49,774 bases of DNA, taken from positions 1-49,774 of the forward strand of contig CBDCKW010000003.1 of NCBI GenBank assembly GCA_965218435.1. Reading direction: 5' to 3'. Numbering within the stretch: the stretch's first letter is position 1; each line of letters begins with the position of its first letter. The notes beneath the pieces are model-generated. The model was not told the origin of the DNA. It did not search any database and worked only from the letters and a program-made list of their open reading frames with translations. Source of the stretch: Truepera sp. Its GTDB lineage: Bacteria > Deinococcota > Deinococci > Deinococcales > Trueperaceae. Below, in pieces: positions 1 to 10,158 of the stretch. The translations under genes were made by a program, and so were the position numbers.

Positions 1-114
1 GGAGGTAAGGAGGGTGTAGCGGCCCTCACGCCACAGCTCGTAGGCCCGGGCGGGCGCGCCGTTCTGGGAGATCAGGGAGGCGATAAACAGGTTAGTGTCG
101 AGAACGACCCGCAT
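1..114 (-). CDS. PIN-domain toxin, 5' part; continues across the circular junction into 49757..49464
   Basis: ATG at 114 gives MRVVLDTNLFIASLISQNGAPARAYELWREGRYTLLTS (LDTN PIN motif). It joins in frame to EWQIEELRR...DPDDNFVLATALAGEADYLVTGDKKDL at the window end; 135 aa in total. Confidence 0.9.
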   Translation of the reverse strand, partial: MRVVLDTNLFIASLISQNGAPARAYELWREGRYTLLTS

Positions 115-120
115 CAGCCC

Positions 121-435
121 TTAGCGGGCCTGGGCTAAGGCTTCGTCGACCAGGTCCATGACCTCGGCCTCGCTCATACCTTGGGTACGGCGCTTGAGAC
201 CGGCGACGACCTCATCGAACCGGTCGTCCAGGGCCTCGAGTGTCTCGCCGATGAGCTCTCGGGGTTCCTCACCCGCGACAGGTGCGCGCTTCAGAACCTC
301 ACGGACGAGCTGCTCGGTGACTGCCTCTTCGATAAACTTAGAGAGGTCTCCTTTTTGCATACCCTGCTGACCGAGATACGCCCGCAGCGCCCGGTCGGTC
401 TCTTCGGATAGCACGATGGTTCGGCGAACATTCAT
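121..435 (-). CDS. Ribbon-helix-helix antitoxin (RHH_6-like) paired with the junction PIN toxin
   Basis: MNVRRTIVLSEETDRALRAYLGQQGMQKGDLSKFIEEAV has an RHH pattern and lies directly upstream of the PIN gene. The start was moved to the Met at 435. Confidence 0.8.
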   Translation of the reverse strand: MNVRRTIVLSEETDRALRAYLGQQGMQKGDLSKFIEEAVTEQLVREVLKRAPVAGEEPRELIGETLEALDDRFDEVVAGLKRRTQGMSEAEVMDLVDEALAQAR

Positions 436-436
436 G

Positions 437-464
437 ATATGAAGATATACATATATCATCATAT
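437..464. promoter_or_regulatory. Inverted repeat, candidate TA operator
   Basis: ATATGAAGATATA-ca-TATATCATCATAT (12/13 match) immediately upstream of the antitoxin start. Confidence 0.5.
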
Positions 465-572
465 TTGTCTATATTAGGGACGACTCTAAGGTTCTGCTTC
501 TTCAGTAACTTAAACCCGATAAAATGCATTATCAGGGGTAAGTAGAACCTCGTGATCACTTGCTTACTTCCC

Positions 573-874
573 CTAGACCTTATGCAAAAGCGGATCGGTA
601 GTGTCCGCATACGCCAGCGCCCAGTCACGCCACGCCTTTGTCTCTCACTAAGTGTTCCCAGCTCGGTTTCGTGCGCGATGCGGGCCGCAACATACTGCCG
701 AATGTGTTTGGCTTTTTTCCAAGCCTCGAGTTCTGTTTCTAACCCTTTGCGTTTCGCCGCTTCTACAGTCCTAAGCTGAGCGAGTTCTTGTTGCCGCTGA
801 GCCTCGAGCGCTCTTTGGCGTAACGCTTCTTCTCGTAAGATACTTTCACAACGGTGGCGAGAAGATTCCTTCAA
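573..874 (-). pseudogene. Truncated, frameshifted paralog of the 48503..49423 protein C-terminus
   Basis: LEAWKKAKHIRQYVAA, then after a frameshift KAWRDWALAYADTTDP. This parallels AEAWHRAELVRHYVAA...RWLAWARQHADRIDP in the intact copy. Confidence 0.65.
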
Positions 875-1130
875 ACTATCACCACAAAGTCTTCCACAGC
901 GTACTCTCGCTTAAATTGCTGTATACATCAGCCGCAGTTGTAAGACGAAAATGACCTGCTCCCTGCTGATGCTCGACGAGGTGCGGATGCTTGGACGTAA
1001 TGAGGTCACCTTGTTGAGCCGGGACGCTATGCCAGTGCGAGGTAAACAGTCAGGGTTCCCCAGTCTTGAAGTTTTGCGAGGGCGAGTGCAGTTACCACTA
1101 GCACCGCTGATGAACGAAACTCGAGCCATC

Positions 1131-4100
1131 ATTTCAATTCCTCATAGGAAAGCTAAGAGCCAATCAAACCTATGAGTTTATTTTTGACGAGCGTTTCAAT
1201 TCCTTATAGGAAAGCTAAGAGCATTTTCTTCATCCGGCGTGGCCGTTCCCCAACGTTGCGTTTCAATTCCTCATAGGAAAGCTAAGAGCAACCGGCAGCT
1301 TAGACGCGCCGCCGCCGGGGAGCCCGGTTTCAATTCCTCATAGGAAAGCTAAGAGCAAAGGTGCGGAACTATCTCATCTAACCCTTTGCGAGTTTCAATT
1401 CCTCATAGGAAAGCTAAGAGCTCTATAGCGAAACTCAGGTCAAAATCGGCTGTCAGGGTTTCAATTCCTCATAGGAAAGCTAAGAGCGGTGCAGGCCGAA
1501 CGGGAGAAAAACGCGGCGGTCCGGTTTCAATTCCTCATAGGAAAGCTAAGAGCCATGACCGCATCGGCCTCAGCTTTAGTGAGGTCGGGTTTCAATTCCT
1601 CATAGGAAAGCTAAGAGCTCTACGCTACTGGACAGCGACTCACCCGCGAGGTTGAGTTTCAATTCCTCATAGGAAAGCTAAGAGCCGCATGGTATCTACC
1701 AAGAGCTTGCTGGGGCCAAAGAGTTTCAATTCCTCATAGGAAAGCTAAGAGCGCGTCAAGGCAAGGTACAACCCTACAGCGACGGCGAGTTTCAATTCCT
1801 CATAGGAAAGCTAAGAGCTGCGTATGCTTGCAGTTCCTGCACCGCTTTTGACGAAGTTTCAATTCCTCATAGGAAAGCTAAGAGCTGCTGCCCGAAACGG
1901 TGAAAGCGCCGCAAGGACTGAGTTTCAATTCCTCATAGGAAAGCTAAGAGCTATGCTCACCGTCTGCTCTCGCTAAGCCAGTTCTAGTTTCAATTCCTCA
2001 TAGGAAAGCTAAGAGCGAAATCGCGCTTTCTACAGCAGCCCTCTTCAACAGTCGTTTCAATTCCTCATAGGAAAGCTAAGAGCTCAGCCACTTTGTTGTC
2101 GCGTTGTGAGTTGGGTATGGTTTCAATTCCTCATAGGAAAGCTAAGAGCTCAAGGTTTCTACTGCTACGGAGTATTCGAGTTCCAGTTTCAATTCCTCAT
2201 AGGAAAGCTAAGAGCTCGAGCCCCTTTAGGGAGAAACCTCACACTTTCGCGTTTCAATTCCTCATAGGAAAGCTAAGAGCCTCAACCCTTTTGGTCCCGA
2301 TTGCTATGACTTTAGGGTTTCAATTCCTCATAGGAAAGCTAAGAGCCGTTAGGCGAAAAACGGCGTATCAGGCACATCAACTGTTTCAATTCCTCATAGG
2401 AAAGCTAAGAGCGAAAACCTGGACGAGCAAGAGAAAGCCGAGGCTAAAGTTTCAATTCCTCATAGGAAAGCTAAGAGCTTCCTTGCGCCCTAGAGCCCAC
2501 AAACGGATTGAACTTGTTTCAATTCCTCATAGGAAAGCTAAGAGCTATGGGGTGCGTCTAAATACGCTTGGGAGACGGTCGGGTTTCAATTCCTCATAGG
2601 AAAGCTAAGAGCCCAGAGCCAGCAATTGTGCACGAGTACGCCATTTGCGTAAGTTTCAATTCCTCATAGGAAAGCTAAGAGCGCACTTGAATTGCTACTC
2701 TCAACACTTTTTACGGGTTTCAATTCCTCATAGGAAAGCTAAGAGCTTCAATTCCGAAATATGAGAAGGTTTTGCCGAGACCAGTTTCAATTCCTCATAG
2801 GAAAGCTAAGAGCCGCTTGTATATCAGGCGTCGCACACTCGCTACGTCTAGTTTCAATTCCTCATAGGAAAGCTAAGAGCTTGACATCGAGGATTTTTTC
2901 AGCATCGCCATGTCTCGGTTTCAATTCCTCATAGGAAAGCTAAGAGCCACATCTTTTGCCTTATCCAGATAGACGGAGCAGTGTTTCAATTCCTCATAGG
3001 AAAGCTAAGAGCGACCACGACTCCTCACCCTGCACAAGTGTTACCGAGGTTTCAATTCCTCATAGGAAAGCTAAGAGCCCGCCGAAGCCCGACGCGCCCG
3101 ACTGCTGCGAATTATGTTTCAATTCCTCATAGGAAAGCTAAGAGCCTGAATCATGCTGATGATGAGGTCGGCGTCTGGGCCGTTTCAATTCCTCATAGGA
3201 AAGCTAAGAGCAAAAAGCTCAACTCGCGCTTGAGCGGGCCGTGGGGCGTTTCAATTCCTCATAGGAAAGCTAAGAGCGCCTGCCGCGCCGGGGCGAGCTG
3301 GAAACTACGCGGCGGGTTTCAATTCCTCATAGGAAAGCTAAGAGCTGCAACCCGACCGTCGCCGGGTGAATACCGTTTTTAGTTTCAATTCCTCATAGGA
3401 AAGCTAAGAGCTCTCGGCGGCTAACACGCGGCTGGCTGGTACTTGGTGTTTCAATTCCTCATAGGAAAGCTAAGAGCCAACGCGAATACCGTGCAATTTG
3501 CCTTACCCTTTACGCGTTTCAATTCCTCATAGGAAAGCTAAGAGCTTGAAACGCAGGCGTACGAAGAAGCGAGCCGGAAACGGTTTCAATTCCTCATAGG
3601 AAAGCTAAGAGCGCGAAAAACTCAGACAGATGGCGACGGAAAAACGCGGGTTTCAATTCCTCATAGGAAAGCTAAGAGCATGTCTTCACGCATCTTTGCC
3701 TTAATTGGTTGCCCGTTTCAATTCCTCATAGGAAAGCTAAGAGCTTAGCGACGAATTAGCCGCTGACAACGGCAACATAGCGTTTCAATTCCTCATAGGA
3801 AAGCTAAGAGCTTGAGGTTTTGGCGCTCGAGCAAACCGGGAAGAACCGGTTTCAATTCCTCATAGGAAAGCTAAGAGCTGTGCGCCTCACTCGTGGGCGC
3901 TCCGGTCAATTTATTGTTTCAATTCCTCATAGGAAAGCTAAGAGCGTCGTAAAGGCCGGTAAGCGGCTCACGTCTATGCTGGTTTCAATTCCTCATAGGA
4001 AAGCTAAGAGCGTGTGAGCTGTACAAGCGCGTCCGGTGTTCGCATCTAGTTTCAATTCCTCATAGGAAAGCTAAGAGCCTGCAGCGGGTTTCGCTAGCAA

Positions 4101-4912
4101 CCGGCACGCCGACGTTTCAATTCCTCATAGGAAAGCTAAGAGCCCAAACCATAAATCGGTATATGTTTCACATCACCTACGTTTCAATTCCTCATAGGAA
4201 AGCTAAGAGCATCACTACCGACAACGAATTGACTTGCCCCGCCAGGGTTTCAATTCCTCATAGGAAAGCTAAGAGCGGGCGACGCGCCGGAGTGAAGCTT
4301 TCGGAAGATATGTTTCAATTCCTCATAGGAAAGCTAAGAGCTCGCCTCTAAATGTGGGGGTACGGCTGATTATGTCTCGTTTCAATTCCTCATAGGAAAG
4401 CTAAGAGCACGAACATTAGTGATGTCTACATGGTCGCCATGAGTCGGTTTCAATTCCTCATAGGAAAGCTAAGAGCCGTACTCAGGTTCTCCATCTTTAC
4501 TCGTGCGTTTAGGGTTTCAATTCCTCATAGGAAAGCTAAGAGCCTCTTAGCGAAAGTGAGATTAGCGCAGCCAACGCTGTTTCAATTCCTCATAGGAAAG
4601 CTAAGAGCGTGTGCAAGGGCTACAGCGCGGTCTACCAGCTCGTCGTTTCAATTCCTCATAGGAAAGCTAAGAGCTAATGTAGCACACCTAAGGCCATAAG
4701 GCTAGCCGTAGTTTCAATTCCTCATAGGAAAGCTAAGAGCTAGCGCTTGTTAGCTACCAAACACCAGTAGCAGCTACATAGGAAAGCTAAGAGCCTGAGT
4801 TCACCGAGAGTTTCAATTCCTCATAGGAAAGCTAAGAGCAGCTTGCCCGATGCTGAGAAGTACGCCCATCAAATTACCGAGAGTTTCAATTCCTCATAGG
4901 AAAGCTAAGAGC
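1131..4912 (-). CRISPR. Type I-B CRISPR array: 57 full repeats plus 1 partial, 57 spacers (mostly 34-38 bp)
   Basis: 30-bp repeat GTTTCAATTCCTCATAGGAAAGCTAAGAGC on +, which ends ATTGAAAC on the minus strand. The two mutated repeats (1131, 1193) mark the trailer end, and the leader lies next to cas2. Counted by hand. Confidence 0.99.
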
Positions 4913-5081
4913 CCGTGTCGCTGCGTCAGCGACACAAGTCGAATATACCAGACCAACATCCAAACGGCCATAAAGTTTATGCCTTGAGCTTTTCTAGTGC
5001 GTGTTCAACGATATATCTCTGTTTTTGGTAACTGTGTCGCTCTAGCGAGGTTTTAACATGACTTACGACCGACACGGGATG
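4913..5081 (-). promoter_or_regulatory. CRISPR leader
   Basis: Non-coding, relatively AT-rich stretch between the cas2 stop and the first repeat, at the opposite end from the degenerate repeats. Confidence 0.8.
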
Positions 5082-5345
5082 TTACAAGAACTCTCCTGGT
5101 TCTTTCGTAGCAACGCCTAAACGCTCTTTTTCCAGGTAGGCTGTTGAGCGCAGCGTGTAAAACAGCACCGTGTCATGCGTGTCGTCAATAATCTTGTCTA
5201 CCTCGTATTTGAGGCGCTTGAACTGACCGGGACTGAGCTCCCCCTCGAGCAGCGAGTTTTGTACATGCGTCAGGTACTTGCGGCCCGTCTTTAGCACCTT
5301 GACCACACGCTCAACGCCCACATCGTAAACCATGATGACGTACAC
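5082..5345 (-). CDS. cas2: CRISPR-associated Cas2
   Basis: VIMVYDV...YLTHVQNSLLEGEL signature; 87 aa; follows cas1. Confidence 0.97.
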   Translation of the reverse strand: MYVIMVYDVGVERVVKVLKTGRKYLTHVQNSLLEGELSPGQFKRLKYEVDKIIDDTHDTVLFYTLRSTAYLEKERLGVATKEPGEFL

Positions 5346-5357
5346 GCAGCTCTCCCG

Positions 5358-6350
5358 CTACCACCGCGCCACATAGGGCACGTATGGTTCGTCGCCGAGG
5401 AGGTGCTTCTCGAGCTTGTAACATTCCATCCTGATCAGCCGTTTGTACGACACGTGCCGCTTTAAGCGCGGCATCATCAGGGTGCTTTTAAGGCGTTCGT
5501 CGTAGGCTTTAAGAAAAGTTTGGCGCGCCGCGTCTTTGAGAAAGATGCCGCCCGAATCTTTGGTAAAGCTCGAGGCCGTGAGCATTCCCTTGTTGATGAG
5601 CGTAAAGATCACTCTATCTACGATGATGGGCTTGAAGATTTCGGCGAGGTCTAGGTTGAGGCTGTAGCGCCGGTAGTTGGTGGTATGCAAAAAGCCGATA
5701 CGCGGGTCGAGGTGCGTCCGGTAGATTTCAGACAAGCAGGTCACGTACATCAAACTGTTACCAAACGAGATCAGGGCGTTGACCCGGTTCAGTGGAGGAC
5801 GCTTGGTGCGCTTTTCAAACTTGAAGTCGGTGTTGTTAAGAACCGCGTCCCACGCTTCGTAGTAGGCGCTGCGGGCGTTGCCCTCCAGGGCCATTAGAGT
5901 GTTGATGTCGTGCTGGTGAGGCACCAATGTTTGCGACGTGCGAATAAGCTCTAAAGAGGTGTCGGTGTCGCCCCCACGCCGTTTGTAATACATCAGCACC
6001 CGCTCGAGGTTGCGCATCGCGCCCAGCACGAACGCTTGGGCGATGGCGAGGCGCTGCGGCGATTCGTTGTAGTGCGTCGCTTGCTGCAAGGTTAGGTAGC
6101 CCGAAACGTACTGCTCACGGGGCATATACGAGCCCGCGTAGTAGCCGTAGTAGTTGTAGACGTGTAAGGGGATATTTTGTTGCGTTAAAAAGTTCAGCAC
6201 GCGGGTGTTCAGCTCAACCTCGCCGAAGATGTGCAGTTCGCTGGTCGTCTCGACCGGGACCATTCGCATTCCTTTGTCGCTATCAAAGCGCAGGGTGTTT
6301 TGCTGGCGTTTGAGGTCGCCGCTCGAGAAAATGTAAACTGGGCTTTTCAT
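5358..6350 (-). CDS. cas1: CRISPR-associated Cas1 (type I-B)
   Basis: LMALEGNAR, RPPLNRVNALISFGNSLMY, GFLH and LDLAEIFKP motifs. The start MKSPVYIFSSG overlaps the cas4 stop. Confidence 0.97.
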   Translation of the reverse strand: MKSPVYIFSSGDLKRQQNTLRFDSDKGMRMVPVETTSELHIFGEVELNTRVLNFLTQQNIPLHVYNYYGYYAGSYMPREQYVSGYLTLQQATHYNESPQRLAIAQAFVLGAMRNLERVLMYYKRRGGDTDTSLELIRTSQTLVPHQHDINTLMALEGNARSAYYEAWDAVLNNTDFKFEKRTKRPPLNRVNALISFGNSLMYVTCLSEIYRTHLDPRIGFLHTTNYRRYSLNLDLAEIFKPIIVDRVIFTLINKGMLTASSFTKDSGGIFLKDAARQTFLKAYDERLKSTLMMPRLKRHVSYKRLIRMECYKLEKHLLGDEPYVPYVARW

Positions 6351-6889
6351 ACGGGCTCTACGGGCTCGCCGCTCCAGCAGAATTCGCTGTAGGCACAAGT
6401 TTTACAGTAGTGAAGCCATTCAGCTTTAGGTGGCCTCGGTTCCGCAGTTAAAACGCCGATTGCGTCTATGACCCTGAGTAACCCGCCGCGCATCTCTATC
6501 AAGCCGACCTCTTCACGCTTCCGCTCGTTGGGTACGAGTACCTCGCCGATAGCCTCGACGCCCTCCTGCTCTAAAACCCACAGGTAATAGGCGAGTTGCA
6601 GCTTTGCAGCAGGCAAAAACTTGCTCGACTTCTTAACCTCGCTCAAGATGAGCTGGCCCTTTTCCCGCCGCACCTGGTCTACCCTTACGCCACCCGGCAG
6701 CGTGACCTCTTTTTCACGCCGCTCGTAGTGGGCTTCGGTGTTGAGGCGGCCTTGAGCAAGGAGGTCATCATCTTGATTCGCTTCAATCTGGTGAGCGATA
6801 AGCCAGCATTCGCGGGGGCAGATGGCGTAGTACCAGATGAGGGTGCCGGTGATAGGTGAGTCTAAAGTATTGTTGTCTCGTTCTGCCAT
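6347..6889 (-). CDS. cas4: CRISPR-associated Cas4
   Basis: CPRECW, RecB-like D...EVKKS, QLAYY and a C-terminal CxxCxxxxxC Fe-S cluster. Confidence 0.96.
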   Translation of the reverse strand: MAERDNNTLDSPITGTLIWYYAICPRECWLIAHQIEANQDDDLLAQGRLNTEAHYERREKEVTLPGGVRVDQVRREKGQLILSEVKKSSKFLPAAKLQLAYYLWVLEQEGVEAIGEVLVPNERKREEVGLIEMRGGLLRVIDAIGVLTAEPRPPKAEWLHYCKTCAYSEFCWSGEPVEPV

Positions 6890-9399
6890 TTGAATCCTGT
6901 CTCTAGGTCGTAGTAGCTGGAATAGTCAGCATGAACCTCGGCGTAAGAAAGGTAAAAGTGTTCTTCGAGCTTAGGATTAGGGTGACGGGGCGGTATCTTT
7001 TGTCTGAGACGGTGTTTGCTCGGCGTAACTATATACATACCTAAGTCTCGATAAGCCTCTCTGAATGCGTGCGTGTCGCCACCGCGTTTGTAAAGCTGCT
7101 CGAGCTTACTTAAGGCTTCCCTAGCATCTTTACTAAGTTCAACAATGACAGGAGCTTGCTCAAGCTCTTCGATAAGCCTGTACTGGCTTACCGAGAGTGA
7201 ATCATCAGCAAAGTGAAAGTGAAGCTTATTGATGGCGTGGATAAAATTTAGCGATTCTTGATTACTCTTCTGGACTTCTATTTGTCTAAAGTATTCATCA
7301 ATTTTTTCGTATAGCTCGGGTTCTTCGATTACATCGTCAAGTATGCGGCGTGAGATGTGAGGAAGAATTTTATCGTAAACGAGAACAGCGTCACTTCTTC
7401 CACTTTCACGTGTAAGGTTTACGACGTATACGGCTTTAGATTTGCCCTTCGTCCCGTTACGGTTGCACCGTCCGGCTACCTGCACAATCGAATCGAGTGG
7501 ACCTTGGTCACGAACAACTATATCGAAATCTAAGTCCACACCAGCCTCGACAACCTGTGTTGAAATTACTAGAGGCTTACCCCCTCGACTCATGTACCGT
7601 CTGAGCAGCCGCACGCGTTGCTTTCGCTGCCAAGGTGTAATGTTTGTGGAGAGGTGAACAATAGGACACTTTCCCGAGAAGTGTGTTCTACCTATTTCTT
7701 TGTACGGCGCAAAGTTAACCCCGTCATTTTCCTCTTCGTTCGTAAGCTTCTTGTAAAGCTCAACTGCACTGTGAATTGTGTTTACAACAACCAACACAGA
7801 TGTCTCAGGCGTTTTCTGCTCGAGAACAAAGTCCTTAAGCTGTTCGAGGTCGCAAATGTCTTTTTCAGGTATAAGCTTCGTCCGAGAAAGTCCCTCGAAG
7901 TGCTTTTCTGGCTGATCTAATAATTCTTCTGCCTGCGGTTTTTCAAAAATGTGCGGTCGGGTTGCGGTCATCTGCAAAACGGTGCAGCCAAGGTATTCTG
8001 TAAGTGTTCTTAGAACATGTTCAACCAGTCGCCACTGCTCGTAAGGGATACTCTGAACCTCATCGAGAATAATGATGCTGCCGGCGATATTGTGAAGTTT
8101 CTTCAGCGCACGGTTTCTGTTTGTAATGAGGCTTCGCAGAAGTTGAACAAAGGTCGTAACAATGACCTCGGACTCCCACGACTCCGTAAGTAGCAGGGCG
8201 TCATCGTTGCTACGGTTCTCGTCTTCTTTGAAAGCTAAAGGGGCTAGGTGATGGTGTTTGAGAAGATAATTCGACTTTTTTGCCTTAAAGTCTTCTAGCT
8301 GAGAAAGAACCTTTTCTGTTACGTCATAGTTTTGGTCAATAATGTTGACGAAGGGCAACGCATAAATGATTCTTGGCAATGTGCCATGCTCATTTTGAAC
8401 ACGCTCACGCAGGCGAAAGGCTGAACTGAGCGCGGTAAGTGTTTTTCCTGAACCTGTCGGCGCGGTTAAGCTAAGCACAACAGGGTAAAGCTCCTCAAGG
8501 TTTCTGGTTTCGATAGCCTGAGTTGCTTCTGTGTAAACATCGCGGCGAATGTCGAAAAGCCGCTGCTGCATCTTGGACATCTCATCAGGTCTTTTCAAGG
8601 TTTTGATATGGTCGTCAACGAGGTGTGAAGGTAACAGGAGCCGTTGCAACGTTTTCGCATCTTCACCTTGGCTTGCCGCCGCAGAAATGTGTTTGTCGGC
8701 GTCAATAAGGGCAGAGAAAAGAAGTGTAGATTGCCAGTAAAGAGCAGCGCCCCCGTTTCGGGCGAACTCTTTGTAGCTCGCTCTCAACTCATCGAGAAGT
8801 TGCCACCAGTTGTCTTGCTCTAAAAATGCTTCGGTTTCAGGTACACCCAGCGACTTCATTTCTTGAATAATCTGCGCGTAGTGGCTGCTGTTTTTTAGAT
8901 TTTCAAGTTGCGCTTGTATAGCGCGTAGGTGTTCACCCTTGATGAAGGAGGGTGGTGCTCCACCTATATCTTCGAAGGCGGGCGCGTCCCTCAAATACTT
9001 AGCTCGAGGCAAGACCTCATCCGGTGTGACTAAATGCCCATGATGCCTATGGATAGCCAAGTAGATAAGCAAGGCAGGTTTGGGGTCTTCTAAATACCTC
9101 CGCTTGGCCGCAAATGCCCCAAGGAGGGCCGAGATAAAGGCATGATTCCCGTAAGCTTGTTTTGGAGGTACTTGTTTCTTAGGGGGTAACTTGTTCTGAA
9201 AATAGCTCGTGTACTTTCCAAAATCATGGGTAAGGCCGCATAATTCAGCCCATTCTGAAAGGGCATCTGAATTTGGCAAAGTTGAGGAACTTAAACTGTC
9301 TTTAGCTCTCGTGGCGACGTGACGCAGGTGCTTTTCGAGTTCTTCGGCTGGGATGACCCTGCCATTTTGCTCGTGTTCTGGACGGGCGCGAAACATCAC
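6862..9399 (-). CDS. cas3: Cas3 HD nuclease-helicase
   Basis: HDFGK HD motif, APTGSGKT, ILDEVQ, STQVVEAGVDLD and QVAGRCNR. Confidence 0.97.
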   Translation of the reverse strand: MMFRARPEHEQNGRVIPAEELEKHLRHVATRAKDSLSSSTLPNSDALSEWAELCGLTHDFGKYTSYFQNKLPPKKQVPPKQAYGNHAFISALLGAFAAKRRYLEDPKPALLIYLAIHRHHGHLVTPDEVLPRAKYLRDAPAFEDIGGAPPSFIKGEHLRAIQAQLENLKNSSHYAQIIQEMKSLGVPETEAFLEQDNWWQLLDELRASYKEFARNGGAALYWQSTLLFSALIDADKHISAAASQGEDAKTLQRLLLPSHLVDDHIKTLKRPDEMSKMQQRLFDIRRDVYTEATQAIETRNLEELYPVVLSLTAPTGSGKTLTALSSAFRLRERVQNEHGTLPRIIYALPFVNIIDQNYDVTEKVLSQLEDFKAKKSNYLLKHHHLAPLAFKEDENRSNDDALLLTESWESEVIVTTFVQLLRSLITNRNRALKKLHNIAGSIIILDEVQSIPYEQWRLVEHVLRTLTEYLGCTVLQMTATRPHIFEKPQAEELLDQPEKHFEGLSRTKLIPEKDICDLEQLKDFVLEQKTPETSVLVVVNTIHSAVELYKKLTNEEENDGVNFAPYKEIGRTHFSGKCPIVHLSTNITPWQRKQRVRLLRRYMSRGGKPLVISTQVVEAGVDLDFDIVVRDQGPLDSIVQVAGRCNRNGTKGKSKAVYVVNLTRESGRSDAVLVYDKILPHISRRILDDVIEEPELYEKIDEYFRQIEVQKSNQESLNFIHAINKLHFHFADDSLSVSQYRLIEELEQAPVIVELSKDAREALSKLEQLYKRGGDTHAFREAYRDLGMYIVTPSKHRLRQKIPPRHPNPKLEEHFYLSYAEVHADYSSYYDLETGFKWQNETTIL

Positions 9400-10154
9400 T
9401 CGAGAAACACCCCGATTTCGTCGGTAACGCTGTCCTGAGCTTCATAAGAAACAAAAAACGCAGGCCGGTTCAAGCGGGCAGTAATACCTTTACCTGTTCG
9501 CTCATAGAGCACATCACAAATTGCCGTGAGCTTGCGCTCACGGTCTAAAGCGAGTGGGATACGCTCCTTAATAATTTGCGAACCGAGTATCAGCTCAGGC
9601 GCACCGTCTAAAGCCTGGGTTGGTACGATAGTGGTTAGTAATTCTTTCTTTATGGGTTGCTCAAGGGTCCAGTCCGTAACTGTAGCGACGTGCGCGACGT
9701 GCGCTAGACACTCAGACATACCGAGGTAAGGAGGGTAAATCCAGGTGTCGGTTATGAGCAGTGTGTTCAGTTTTTCAAGCCAATCTCTATCTTCATGCGT
9801 CACGTAGATGCGGTAGCACAACTTTGGGTTATCAATCTCGGGAAAAATCCACTCGACAGGAATTTGCGTGCCACCCGCACTACCGTCAAAGTCTGAAGGC
9901 GATTTAGTCATTAGGTAATTCACCGTCTGCATCACACGCCGCACAGATGTTCGCACTGAAACAGCGATTTTACACTGCTCGAGCCCTAAGTCCTCACTGT
10001 AGCTATCCCGTTCGTAGCCCATCAGTCCTGCAATAAGTCCCGCCAGCGTCGAGCGTGGCGGAAAAGGATAAGACAGCGATGACGAGTTCGTATAGAACTT
10101 GCGAAACATCGCATAAGCCCCCGTAAGGTCAAAAACAATTAGTGGATTTGGCAC
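9396..10154 (-). CDS. cas5: Cas5 (I-B)
   Basis: VFDLTGAYAMFRKFYTNSSSLSYPFPPRSTLAGLIAG and YPPYLGMSEC. Confidence 0.95.
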   Translation of the reverse strand: MPNPLIVFDLTGAYAMFRKFYTNSSSLSYPFPPRSTLAGLIAGLMGYERDSYSEDLGLEQCKIAVSVRTSVRRVMQTVNYLMTKSPSDFDGSAGGTQIPVEWIFPEIDNPKLCYRIYVTHEDRDWLEKLNTLLITDTWIYPPYLGMSECLAHVAHVATVTDWTLEQPIKKELLTTIVPTQALDGAPELILGSQIIKERIPLALDRERKLTAICDVLYERTGKGITARLNRPAFFVSYEAQDSVTDEIGVFLE

Positions 10155-10158
10155 GATA

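Noticed and set aside
1377..1390. Spacer 4 shares 14 nt (TCTAACCCTTTGCG) with 738-751
   Set aside because: The rest of the spacer does not match, and roughly one 14-mer hit is expected by chance for about 2 kb of spacers against both strands of 50 kb.
2747..2755. Spacer 25 starts TTCAATTCC, like the repeat
   Set aside because: Only 9 nt match and the spacer has normal length; probably chance.
4609..4644. Half of spacer 53 matches rep at 31247-31264 (16/18; both read AVYQLV)
   Set aside because: The other half is unrelated, which is too weak for self-targeting. A search against related rep genes would settle it.
1386..4699. ORFs containing VSIPHRKAKS or FQFLIGKLRA repeats
   Set aside because: They are translations of the CRISPR repeat, not genes.
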